Positions 53,151 through 64,000 of a DNA stretch of 64,000 nt are shown in pieces. The first letter of the stretch is position 1, and every line of letters begins with the position of its first letter. The stretch covers positions 42,160,001-42,224,000 of the forward strand of contig NC_043005.1 of NCBI RefSeq assembly GCF_006345805.1, written 5' to 3'. This DNA comes from Octopus sinensis (taxonomy: Eukaryota). The notes below the pieces were generated by a model. It was given only the letters and a program-made list of their open reading frames with translations, ran no database searches and had not been told where the DNA came from. The translations under genes and the position numbers were made by a program.

Positions 53151-54336
53151 TTTTATTTAATATGTCTTTCTTAAATATGTATTTCAAGAATGTTTATGTC
53201 TGGCTTTGTTCTAGTTCTCTTATTTCATTTTCTTTATCTAGAGCGATTTTTTCTACTCTTAACTAGTTTTCCTCTTTTCAAGGTTCCTTTGGCACAATTA
53301 TTATCATTTTCATTGTTGTTGTTGGTGTTGTTGTTGTTGTTGCTGTTGTTGTTATTTGCAGCTGAAATCGCTCCGACGAAAACCTTCAAAGTTTTTCACT
53401 TTTCATATTATTTAAACATGAAGACTTTGATACAGAAAGAAGACCTTGATACTGAAAGAAAGCGAACAGTTTGAGACGTGCTTTTCAATTGATTGTACCT
53501 TTAATAAGGTATGATGTTTTATTTAGCAGGGTTCTTTTCCGACTGTTTGTTGTTGTGAGCTCTGATATAGTTGCTTTTTTAAAAGTTTTAGTTAATTTTT
53601 ATGTCTTACCAATGATCCTTTTATTTTCAATGTTGTTTTCACTATCAATCCTACGTGCTATTTATACGTGCTAAATTTCAAGTTTCTAGAACTCTAATAG
53701 TTCCTGCAACATCCTACCTAGGAAAGGATTTTCATCAGAAAGACAAAAAAAATATATCCAAGTCTTTATATGCGTTGTTTTATTTCAAACTTTGTCTCTT
53801 ATTATTGGTTATTATAAGAATTCATGCATTCACAATTAGATTCTTTAAATTAATTTCCCCTAAGTTCTCAATTTTTATCGTCCACAACTCATATGCCTAT
53901 CAATGAGAGACAGGCGTTTTTAAGTTTGGTACGAACCATGTGACAGAAAACTGGTTCTGGACCATATATATTCCTATGGTGATTACATTGAAACCGTACC
54001 AAGAATTTCATCATAGAGCATCGTACGTCTGCCAATGTTTATGTTGTTGATTCAGATGATTAGACATCAGACAGACGCCCGTATTACTCTTTATTTAATA
54101 TATTTTGTGTACAATAATAATTTGTAAATCAAAAACCAATTATCAGTTATACACTATAATCGTTTTCTTTTATTTATCTTGAATTCCAATTGTTTGTTTG
54201 TTTGTTTTTTCTTCTACGCATGCATTGATCATTATTCAAGTACTTGGAATGCGTAAAAATTCGTTGTATTCATTGGGATTGATGTGGTTTATTTTCTGTA
54301 CTGTACCATAACAACATTTAGAGAAATAGACATTGG

Positions 54337-54759
54337 GGAAGTTTTCGGTTTGAACGGCAGTTTTTGACTTAATTTCTAGGTAACTAAAAAAATGCTAAAC
54401 TTCGTATACTGGTAGAATGTGTTTATAAAACATCTTTTTCTCTTGGCTTTATTGAGAAAATTCTATAGTTTGTAAGAAATCTGTCGGTTATTTTTCTTCA
54501 ATTTCTGCAATTTCAACCAATCACTGACGTCTATTGAGGTAAAAAAAAAACATTCTGTGCGGTATGAATATGTCCCTCGTTTTAGAAACAGATTGGGTTT
54601 ATTTACATTTGTGAAGAAAAAAAGATACCCTTCTCCCTACCCCTAACCCTAACCCTAACCCTAAAACAGATTGAAACGCAATAGGTCGATACTAGGGTCA
54701 TGGGCGACAATTTCAAATGACACCGCTAGAAAAAACTGCCGTTCAAACCGAAAAGATTC
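54337..54759. mobile_element. MITE with ~29-bp TIRs and 8-bp TSD (Merlin-like)
   Basis: GGAAGTTTTCGGTTTGAACGGCAGTTTTT ... AAAAACTGCCGTTCAAACCGAAAAGATTC. TSD GACATTGG at 54329-54336 and 54760-54767. No ORF. Confidence 0.88.
54641..54664. repeat. interstitial telomeric repeat (CCCTAA)4 inside MITE
   Basis: Four perfect CCCTAA units preceded by CCCTAC. Confidence 0.9.
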
Positions 54760-55937
54760 GACATTGGTAAAACAAGTTTCAAACTTGAATAAGTTCATAC
54801 TGAGGCTGATATTCTTGACTAAATCCTAGAAGGGGTATACTGAAATAACTATCAAAATAATAAACAAATAAAAGAATTTATATAACATATTTATTTGACT
54901 AATGATTGCCTTATGGGTGATAGAACAGAAATGAATTTCTAATAAGTTATATTGTCGACTTCTTTTCATATTTTATCGGTCGTCATTTGTCATACGAATA
55001 ATGTAAATTTTCTACTTTCTATTTCGTTCCCTAGTTAGAGCATGATGTTCCTAAACGGAGCCGAATAAAATTGCATTTCAGCAAAATGAAAATTTCTGTT
55101 TAGCAGACGACAATTAATTTCACTTAAGCTTATGGGCTGCGGTAGTAATTGATGAATTAAAAGAATTAGCACAGTAACAAAACGCTACACTTTTCATCGC
55201 ATCCATCTTCATTAACCAACATTCCTATTTCTGACACAATTATAACTTAAATAGTTACTCCTGCTCTCAGTATATCATATGTACGTGTGTGTGTGTGTGC
55301 GTGTGGTTGGGTGGGTGTGATTATATATCACTAGGTTTCACTTTCCTTTATCCTCATCCCTACCGCGTTTCTTCCGGAAGACACACTTCTCTATGTCTAT
55401 CAGTCTGTCTTTCAGTGTGCAAGTGTGCGTGAGTGATGTGTGCGCATGTGTACGTATGTGTGTGCGTGTGTGTATGTAAGTGTGTGTGTGTGTGTGTGTA
55501 TGTGTGTGCTCTTCCTCAAACTGAGTATTTAACCGATTAACATAATAGTGTTTCCTATCTCCTCCCATTCACCTCTGCCGCATTCCGCTCCATTAAACAC
55601 TTTTCTCGTTCTAAGTCTATATTTCTCCCCCCCCCCACTTTCTCTCCCCTTCTCACATGCTTTATATCTCTCTTTCCTTTTCCTTTCACCTAACAGTTTC
55701 ACAACCTCGTATATGTACACTAGCACATTAATGTTACATATGCTTATAACTTTTATTTCCAGCTTTTTTTTTTTTTTGTTCTTGTTTTCTTTTTCGATTA
55801 TTGTTGAAATTATCCATTGAATGAAAGGCTTATATAATATCACTCTTTTAAGCCTAAACATATCCTATAGAAAACAAGCTATCAATTTCTTTCTCAACAC
55901 ACACACAATTATTATTATTATTATTATTATTATTATT

Positions 55938-56486
55938 GAGTGAGAGAGCAGTTCATGCCATCAAAGTGACACTGGGGTAAAATATACGAAGCCCAATATA
56001 CCCATCATGACTACCCGTCTGATAAAGGTACACCAGGCACATGCATCACAACCATATGTGCGCGACATGGTGATCTCATATCAAGATAAACAGCACATGA
56101 CCTTGCAGGTGGGGCCCAGTTAGAATTTTCTTCAGGTTGAGTAGCCCATCCCGCTCAAACGGTCCCTGAATAAGGGTTGCTTAAGGATGTTGAAAGAACC
56201 ACCCATGTTTCCAGAGGTGAACTATTCAAACCCCAAAGAATCCCTCTCAACACATGGCTATGATGCTCCCCCCACTACTTCTGCTCGTGATCAGAGATGC
56301 ACATATCGTCAGCCACTAAGGGACATGCTCAACTGGTTAAGGTCAAACAACTGACAAGCAAATCTGTGGTATTGAGCAGAATATTTGCTGTAGCCCATCT
56401 TTTATACCAAGACAAAACAATGTACATGATAACACTTCCAATCAGTTAAGATCAGAAGCCATGAGAGCCACTGCCTGGTACTGCAT
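55938..56486 (-). mobile_element. ~550-bp non-coding interspersed element in (TTA)n, copy 1
   Basis: Collinear with 62720-63275 over its full length and flanked by (TTA)n on both sides. Strand inferred from the (AAT)n tail. Confidence 0.85.
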
Positions 56487-56667
56487 ATTATTATTATTAT
56501 TATTATTATATTATATTATTATTATATTATTATTATTACTGTTATTATTATTATTTTTATTATTATTATCATTATTATTATTATTTATATTATTATTATT
56601 ATTATTATTATTATTTATTATTATTATTATTATCAACATCATCATCATCATCATCATTATTATTATT

Positions 56668-56835
56668 CAGCAGTTTTATTTTTATCACGTGCTTTCACTG
56701 CACAATCGAGTGCAGCTTTGTGTGCCTTGGGTATGTGCTGTAGTTTGTTGTGGTGCTTTTATTTTCACTGCGTTGAAAGTACTTTACGTAGGATGTGCGC
56801 GACACCTAGTAGTACTACATCTGTACGTTATATAC

Positions 56836-56836
<1 letters not shown>
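56668..56836 (-). mobile_element. severely 5'-truncated Dong 3' end
   Basis: Matches 49021-49185 (TTTTATCACGTGCTTTCACT...GGTATGTGCTGT...TTGAAAGTA..TTAC.TAGGATGTG); lies between TTA tracts. Confidence 0.85.
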
Positions 56837-56868
<32 letters not shown>

Positions 56869-56904
56869 TTACTTACTTACTTACTTACTTACTGACTGAC
56901 TTAC

Positions 56905-57080
56905 ATCTATTCTGTATGCTTGTTACAATCATTTGCCGAGACACACCCAGCGTACTAGGGCAAGTTCCTTCAACAATGAGAATCACTAGAAGCAAGCTCT
57001 CTAATAGCTGCCCCGGTAACAATATCCTTGTCTCACTGGAGAAATTGTTTAGTTCTTGAGTTTGGACTGGATGTGCTCTT
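56905..57080 (-). mobile_element. Dong 3'-end fragment, second subfamily
   Basis: TTGCCGAGACAC..CCAGCGT is shared with the 3' UTR at 18235-18265. Confidence 0.5.
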
Positions 57081-57113
57081 TTCGTGTTTCACTTTACGCT
57101 TCATTACATTCTA

Positions 57114-57164
<51 letters not shown>

Positions 57165-57217
57165 TTTTATTTTTTGACTCGTCTCCGTCATGTATATGTA
57201 TGTATGTATTATTTGTG

Positions 57218-57258
<41 letters not shown>

Positions 57259-57745
57259 TTGTGTGTGGGTGCGTGCGTGTGCGTGTGTATGTGTGTACTG
57301 CTTAGAAACTCTCAAGAAGGCTGAACAGCTGAAGGTCTTCGGTGAAGAAACCCTTCTCATACAAGTGTTTCGGCCTTTAAATTTTCATACTTTAAATGGG
57401 CCGGGTGGGACGAGCCGCATTCAGATCATGACTCCTGGATACTCTTCTGCTGACACTTTTTAGCCACTTGCATTTAAACGTCTTGAAAATTTCGTTTGGT
57501 TAGAACTCCTCTTCGTTGACTCAGCTTTGAAAGTTACACTTAAATAAGAAATAGCGTTGATCGTCAAGGTTGCGGTGAAACGTCAATGCTATAACTATGA
57601 CTAACTCAGAGTTTCTTCCCTTAGTGTTGAAATACTAGAATATGTATATGCGAGAAACATACCAGGAGTTATTCCTGGTACATTAATCCCGACAAAACAA
57701 TTTTGAATATTAAACCATATAATTCGTTAAGTAAGAAATACACAC

Positions 57746-58635
57746 CCTTCTATTTGCCGACGATATCAAACTGGTCGCTCCTCGCGGTAGTATAGAGGAT
57801 CTTCGTCGATGCCTCCACCAAATTTGGAAGTGGTCTAACGATTGGGACCTGTGTCTGAACGTGTCAAAGTGCTGTCATCTGCCTGTCGGCTCTACTCCTG
57901 CAACTCAACTTGATTTCGAGCCGGGTTGTCTGCTGCTGGAGAGGACCGATCAGGTAAAGGACCTGGGTATCTTGGTGGATTCCTCCTTTTCGCCTTCGGC
58001 CAGTGCGTCCATGCTGCCAACAAAGCGCGCGGAATTCTGTTTTTGATTCGACGGTCATTCGGAATGCTCACAGCAGCCATATTCCTGCCACTCTATGTCA
58101 CGCTGGTGAGACCCATATTGGAGTATGGGATTCAAGCCTCTTCTCCTTATCTCCTCAAAGACATACAGCACCTCGAAAGAGTCCAGAGGCTGGCTACCCG
58201 CATGGTTCATGGTCTCAAAAATTTGTCCTACGAAGAAAGGCTGAGGACGCTCGACCTTTATTCTCTTGAAAAACGCCGCCGCCGTGGTGATCTCATTCTC
58301 GCCCACAACATCATAAGCGGGAAGTGTAACCTCTCGAAAGAGCTGTTCTTCACTCCTGCTCCGGAGCGTCGGCTGCGGGGTTATTCCGAAAAGCTCTACC
58401 TGCGACGATTTCATCTCAATCGAAGGAGAGGAGCTTTCTCCGTCCGGGTTGCGGATCCGTGGAACAAGCTGCCAGACGAGATGGTGAAGATGCCGACGAC
58501 CGCTTTGTTCAAAGCCTCCCTGGACCTCAAGTGGCCTGAACTCTTTACATGAACACCACCCTGTACTTAACTCCATGTCCCCCTACATGGCCTTGCTATT
58601 TGCTTTTGAGCCAAATTAACTAACTAACTAACTAA
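57746..58635 (+). mobile_element. CR1-group LINE 3' fragment, young, (CTAA)n tail
   Basis: LFADDIKL, LNVSKC, VKDLGILVD, one frameshift near 58000, then LVRPILEYG, LERVQRLATR, SYEERL, SLEKRR.RGDLI, FSVRV..WNKLP, a stop, a short UTR and (CTAA)n. Confidence 0.92.
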
Positions 58636-58761
58636 TAGCTGACTTGTTATTATATTCTGTTATATCATTGATATGCTCTGCATGCCTTGCGTTCATGCAG
58701 AAATACCACTGATATCTAAACACCTCGCCCCGCTCACTCTTGCTTTCTCTTTCCTCTATCC

Positions 58762-58824
<63 letters not shown>

Positions 58825-58825
58825 C

Positions 58826-58860
<35 letters not shown>

Positions 58861-59188
58861 GATAAAAGAAAAGAAAAACGAAAGGTAAAAAGAGACCCAC
58901 TTACTGTAATGTGTTTTCTTTTTGCGTGACACTATTGCCCAAGGTTCCCGTGGTCTTTTCCGTAGGCTTTTCTATTCACCGACAAACCTAATCTGTTTTC
59001 ACTCTTTACATTGACATTTCTGTGATACACGATCCCTATTGATCGGCCCCACTTTGTTTTTTCACGGTCCCTTTTGATCGGAATTCGCCCTGCCCTTTTT
59101 TTTCCTTTTCTCTTCTTCCCAAAAAGAAAAGCTCTACTTTGTATTTTGTCCCTTCTGTGTTTTGCCCTGCGTGGCCAATAAATAAAAC
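58861..59188 (+). mobile_element. probable Tx1/L1 3'-UTR fragment inside (TATC)n
   Basis: Pyrimidine-rich, ending TTTGTCCCTTCTGTGTTTTGCCCTGCGTGGCCAATAAATAAAA like the Tx1 3' end at 21547-21603. (TATC)n lies on both sides. Confidence 0.55.
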
Positions 59189-60404
59189 TATCTATCTATC
59201 TATTTCACGAATCATTTACAAATATGAGTGTGCGTAATAATTTTTCTGCATTTGTTCTAATTTTTGATAGCCAAATATACTGCACTAATGAAATACATTT
59301 TCGACCCTCACGTCTTTTTATCAATAGAGATAGAGTGGAGCGCGTAGGACTTCAAAGCTGCTTGCTTTCTCCCCTGCCAGCACATCATGTTAGCCCTTTG
59401 TCATACGTTTCCTATTGAATGAATTATCCCTTGTGGCAAATAAAGAAAAAAATATCATCATTGTTGTTATTGTAACTGAAGATGATTTGGTAGACAATTC
59501 TGCTATAAAGTCACGGATCACCCTTGAGCCATATATCTTTTCCTCTAAGACATTCAGTGTTTCGAAATTCTACTTTGTCAGCTTTAAAACATTTTTGTCG
59601 ATAACTAGTTAATTGATAGGTAACTGTTTCATATTATGAACGCTTTATTGAAACATTCATCTCACCTAACGAATCTATCTAGTGGAAGTACTGAAATACA
59701 TAACATAATTTGTGTGTATTCGTAAACATCTGAGCTCCTCTTACTATAATTTGAATATAAATGTTACTAATACGTATTTATAAGGAATTTTATAATTCCT
59801 AGGTTATTTTGAACGAGTAATCGGTTGGGTGACGGTACAGTAACAAACTAAGTCATTTCCTATACTCGTACAGATTTCAGTGAGTTAATGACTTTAGATA
59901 ACAATTTCAAAGCATTGTATCTAGACACAGTCTTCTCTTCACACCTCTGTATGTATGGATCTCAGGAAAAAGGAACAAGTACTTTATCAAACACAAGAGG
60001 CAACGTTAACCTCAAAGGAATTTAAAATAAAAGCGTAACTTTCTACAGCTAGGCATATTGTCCATCTGTTTAATAATTCTACCATTTTGGCGTACTCTCC
60101 GAACTAAGTGAAAATGGAAAAAGTATAAAAGAAAGACTAAAACATTTGTTAGAAAAGTTTATTTATATGCCATATAATCATGTTTTCAAGACAATAAACG
60201 TCTGAAATATATACTAAATCACCTTTGATTTTATAAAAGATTGCTTACATTTACATTACTCCTGCGGCAATAATATGTTTTTAATCGACATTATTTCATA
60301 GACAAGTGATATTTTTTTTATTATTTCGTTTACAAAAATATAGAGATGCGTGCGCATGTGTCTATGTGCGTATATATACACATACCTGCATGCATATATA
60401 TATA

Positions 60405-60513
<109 letters not shown>

Positions 60514-60878
60514 CAGAGAGACAGACAGAAAAACAAAAATAGATACCTAGATAGACACAGACGCCACCTCATTTTTGTACTAAATTCAAATTGTTACTAT
60601 ATAATTTAATTGTTATACACCACCTATGAACTTCGTTGTTTCTAAGTATTTGGAAGGTAAACTAATATAAACTATTTGTTGATTTCGAATAAGAATGAAA
60701 AATGTTGTTCCTGAAATTCCCTTCCGGATCTCAAAAACTTCTACAGATACGTAGTAGGCGCAAACAACATAAATCACACCAGCATCCTAGAATAGAGGTT
60801 GCTTTCATTCACAAGTGATAGAAGTTAATACATTCTCCACATGCCTTCATCACTAGCTACTTTCACTACTAGTTCTGC

Positions 60879-61269
60879 TGTGGAGGCGCAATGGCCCAGT
60901 TGTTAGGGCAGCGGACTCGCGGTCATAGGATCGCGGTTTCGATTCCCAGACCGGGCGTTGTGAGTGTTTATTGAGCGAAAACACCTAAAGCTCCACAAGG
61001 CTCCGGCAGGGGATGGTGGTGTTCCCTGCTGTACTCTTTCACCACAACTTTCTCTCACTCTTACTTCCTGTTTCTGTTGTACCTGTATTTCAAAGGGCCG
61101 GCCTTGTCACTCTCTGTGTCACGCTGAATATCCCCGAGAACTACGTTAAGGGTACACGTGTCTGTGGAGTGCTCAGCCACTTACACGTTAATTTCACGAG
61201 CAGGCTGTTCCGTTGATTCGGATCAACCGGAACCCTCGTCGTCGTAACCGACGGAGTGCTTCTAAAAAA
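60879..61269 (+). mobile_element. tRNA-Arg-related SINE (octopus OR-type), full length with TSD
   Basis: GGAGGCGCAATGGCCCAGTGTTAGG A-box and GGTTTCGATTCCC B-box, short A tail. 11-bp TSD ACTAGTTCTGC (60868-60878 / 61270-61280). Confidence 0.9.
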
Positions 61270-61547
61270 ACTAGTTCTGCAATACTTGAAATATATCTAA
61301 ATTCCATTAGTGATGTTTTCCTAACTAGTGATGTTTTCAAGGATGACTCGGATGAGCCGGCACCTTCCTAGAGTACACTGAATTTGATGAAATCTAAGTG
61401 ACTGTTCGGTTGGTTACGTGAGGTATAAGCACAGTTATCTCTGTCAATGCACAGTCTAGAAATAAAACTATAGGTAGCGAAATAATGAGGCTACTATAGT
61501 TAATCCTTGCAAGCATCACAACCGGCTAGCATTAGTATAATATTATT

Positions 61548-61857
61548 TATAATGCGCCCTTTTCAAGTCTAGCCAGGATCATGGGCCCAGTTTCCCGGTT
61601 TCTATGGTGTATGTGTTCCCCCAGCTGGACAGGACGCCAGTCTATCTCAGCGTTACTCAAGAAACAGAAAGAAAGAGTGAGAGTAAGTTGGGGCGAAAGA
61701 GTACAACAAGGGTCGCTATCACCCCCTGCCTGAGCCTCGTAGAGCTTTTAGGTATTTTCGCTCAATAAACACATACCACGCCCAGTCTGGGAATCGAAAC
61801 CGCGATCCTCCGACCGCGAGTCCGCTGCCCTAACCACTGGGCCATTGCACCTCCACA
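61548..61857 (-). mobile_element. tRNA-Arg-related SINE with V-domain-like 3' module
   Basis: Same ~200-bp head as 60879, then GTAACGCTGAGATAGACTGGCGTCCTGTCCAG...TAGAAACCGGGAAAC. Possible TSD AGTATAATA. Confidence 0.88.
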
Positions 61858-62183
61858 TAAGTATAATAATGAAACAATAAAAGGAAAAGACAAAAGGGGG
61901 AAAATAAACACATAGATATTATATAGGAAAACATCACCGAAGTAATTCTGAGATACAAAAGAAAAAATAAATAAGAGAAATGAATAAGAATTAATGTACA
62001 AAATAATGAAAGCATTTAATTCAATAAAAGTAAACATATGTGTTCGTGTACATTTAGTGTGATATTGTAAAGCATGACCAAAATATATAGGACTAGTACG
62101 ATTATATATTTCGCTTCAGGGAACCCCATTAAATATCTTCTTTGCTCCTTACTTCCTTTTTGTCTATTATATTATTATTTCTT

Positions 62184-62612
62184 AAGGTGGCGAGATGGCA
62201 GAACCATTGGCACGCCGGGTGAAATGCTTAGCGGCATTTCGTTTGTCTGCACGTTCAGCGTTCGAATTCCACCGAGGTCGACTTTGCCTTTCATCCTTTG
62301 GGGTTTGATGAAACAAATACTAGTTAGGCACTGGGGTCGATGAAATCGACTATCCCCCTCTACAAAATTGCAGGGGAGTATTATTCTTATTAAGGCGGCG
62401 AGCTGGCAGAATCGTTAGCACGCCGGGCAAAATGCCTACCGACATTTCGTCCGTCCTTACGTTCTGAGTTCAAATTGCGCTGAAGTCGACTTTGCCTTTC
62501 ATCCTTTCGGAATCACTGCATTAAGTACCAGTGAAATACTAGCGTCGGTGTAATCGACTAGTCAACTCCCCCTAAATTTCAGACCTTGTACCTTTAGTAG
62601 AAAGGATTATTC
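62184..62612 (+). mobile_element. head-to-tail dimer of Meta-domain-like SINEs
   Basis: Two AAGG(T/C)GGCGAG heads at about 62184 and 62392, each with GTCGACTTTGCCTTTCATCCTTT. Confidence 0.9.
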
Positions 62613-62651
62613 TCATTCCTAAGGTATTTTTCAATGTTGTTGTTATTATTA

Positions 62652-62713
<62 letters not shown>

Positions 62714-62719
62714 AATATT

Positions 62720-63275
62720 GAGTGAGAGAGCAGTGCAAGCCATCAAAGTGGCACTGGAGTAAAATATACGAAGCCCAGTATACCCATCATGACTACCTGT
62801 CTGATAAGGATACGCCAGGCAAATGAATCACAACCACGTGTGCGCGACATGGTGATCTCATATCAAGATAAACAGCACATGACCTTGCAGGTGGGGCCCT
62901 GTTAGAATTTTCTTCTGATCGAGTAACCCATCCTGCTCAAAAGGTCCCTGAATAAGGGTTGTTTAAGTGTGTTGAATGAAACACCCATGTTTCCAGAGGT
63001 GAATTATTCAAACCCCAAAGAATCCTTCTCAACACATGGCTATGGTGCTCCCCCACTACTTCTGCTCGTGAATAAAGATGCACATATCGTCAGCCACTAA
63101 GGGACATGGTCAACTGGTAAAGGTCAAACAACTGACAAGCAAATCTGTGGTATTGAGCAGAATATTTTCTGTAGTCCATCTTTTATACGAAGACAAAATA
63201 TTGTACATGATAACACTTCCAGTCAGTTAAGATCAGAATCTATGAGAGCCACTGCCTGGAACTGTTTCAGGGCAT
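62720..63275 (-). mobile_element. ~550-bp non-coding interspersed element in (TTA)n/(TTTA)n, copy 2
   Basis: Collinear paralogue of 55938-56486 with the same left boundary GAGTGAGAGAGCAG. Confidence 0.85.
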
Positions 63276-63305
63276 TTATTTATTTATTTATTTATTTATT
63301 TATTT

Positions 63306-63445
63306 CCCCAAGACACCTGATGAAGGCTGGAGGCTATATCAGCCGAAACGTTGTGTTAACAACAAAAAAGATGAGGGCAAATATCCGTCACATGTAAATA
63401 ATGTAAATAATATACATAATTCTTCATCTCTTATATATAGAACTG
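63306..63445 (+). mobile_element. Penelope-like pseudo-LTR fragment
   Basis: Hammerhead followed by an A-rich tail with ATGTAAATA repeats; abuts a Helitron fragment. Confidence 0.6.
63312..63357 (+). ncRNA. minimal type I hammerhead ribozyme (Penelope pseudo-LTR type)
   Basis: Stem I GACAC/GTGTT, core CTGATGA (+A), stem II GGCTG/CAGCC, GAAA, palindromic AACGTT stem III and a UH cleavage site. Confidence 0.8.
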
Positions 63446-63446
63446 A

Positions 63447-63622
63447 AGTCTCATTGGTACTGATGTATCTTCCTCTGTCATACTGGTCATCTTCGTCATT
63501 TTTATTTATCTGCTGACTGCAATTCTGCATAAGAGTGTATGTTGCAGCAGCTAAACCTTTGTTTATATATTTGCAAACATACTTAATTGAATTAACAGAG
63601 TCACAGAAGTTAACATTGACTC
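63447..63622 (-). mobile_element. Helitron Rep/helicase fragment
   Basis: VNVNFCDSVNSIKYVCKYINKG...DE..QY..GRYISTNE matches the Helitron Rep motif HINVE.C.S..SIKY..KY..KG...RYIS..EA. Confidence 0.85.
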
Positions 63623-64000
63623 TGGTTACCTGTACTTGCCTTTGCTTCAACTGTAGAATAGTAATCATCAACATCTATCCCGTCTCCTCTGGTAGAGAGT
63701 GAGAATATTGTTCTCGGAAACTTTTTCGAAAATTAAAATGGGGATTAAATGAAAAAATGAGTTGTGTGAGTGATTGAAATAAATGACGATTGTGGAACGC
63801 CGCACGCATGCGCGTGCACACATACATACTCATGCATACAGATTCAAACATCAGATGGAATGGATATGTGTGTGTATGAGAGAGAGAGAGAGCTAGTGAA
63901 GGGGTGTGTTGTCTTTTATACGTACATACATAAATAAATATGTATACATCTTTTTTTGTATGCGTGTGTGCGTGTGTAAGAGAGAGAGTCCCACTTGGAC

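Noticed and set aside
53360-53480. CCGACGA...-type hammerhead-like string
   Set aside because: Core mutated and no convincing stems.
58055-58576. 173-aa minus-strand ORF
   Set aside because: Antisense shadow of the GC-rich CR1 frame.
60882-60955. tRNA gene
   Set aside because: It is a SINE head: it continues into a SINE body with TSD, and a full cloverleaf acceptor stem is not evident.

Overview
AT-rich, repeat-saturated eukaryotic DNA, very probably from an octopus (inferred from the SINE families and the Dong/R4-, RTE- and microsatellite-rich landscape). It looks intergenic or intronic, and I cannot confidently call any host gene. Almost every short ORF in the supplied track is a microsatellite artefact or a degraded transposon frame. 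The window holds about ten R4/Dong-clade LINE pieces, all but one on the minus strand and several strung together through (TAA)n tracts. It also holds two CR1-group RT fragments (one with a 614-aa open frame, nested inside a Dong copy), RTE and Tx1/L1 fragments, and many tRNA-derived SINEs built from shuffled modules. DNA-transposon content is mariner, hAT-Charlie and Helitron remnants plus a GG-terminated MITE with an 8-bp TSD. The most interesting observations are five. (1) A textbook minimal hammerhead ribozyme at 63312-63357. (2) A ~550-bp non-coding element present twice, each time embedded in (TTA)n, which is a candidate non-autonomous passenger of Dong. (3) A Penelope-like fold-back with 127-bp arms inserted in a SINE's internal microsatellite. 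(4) A MITE carrying (CCCTAA)4 telomeric repeats. (5) A SINE 3' tail that resembles the Tx1 3' end. All family names come from by-eye motif recognition, not database searches, and novelty is untested.
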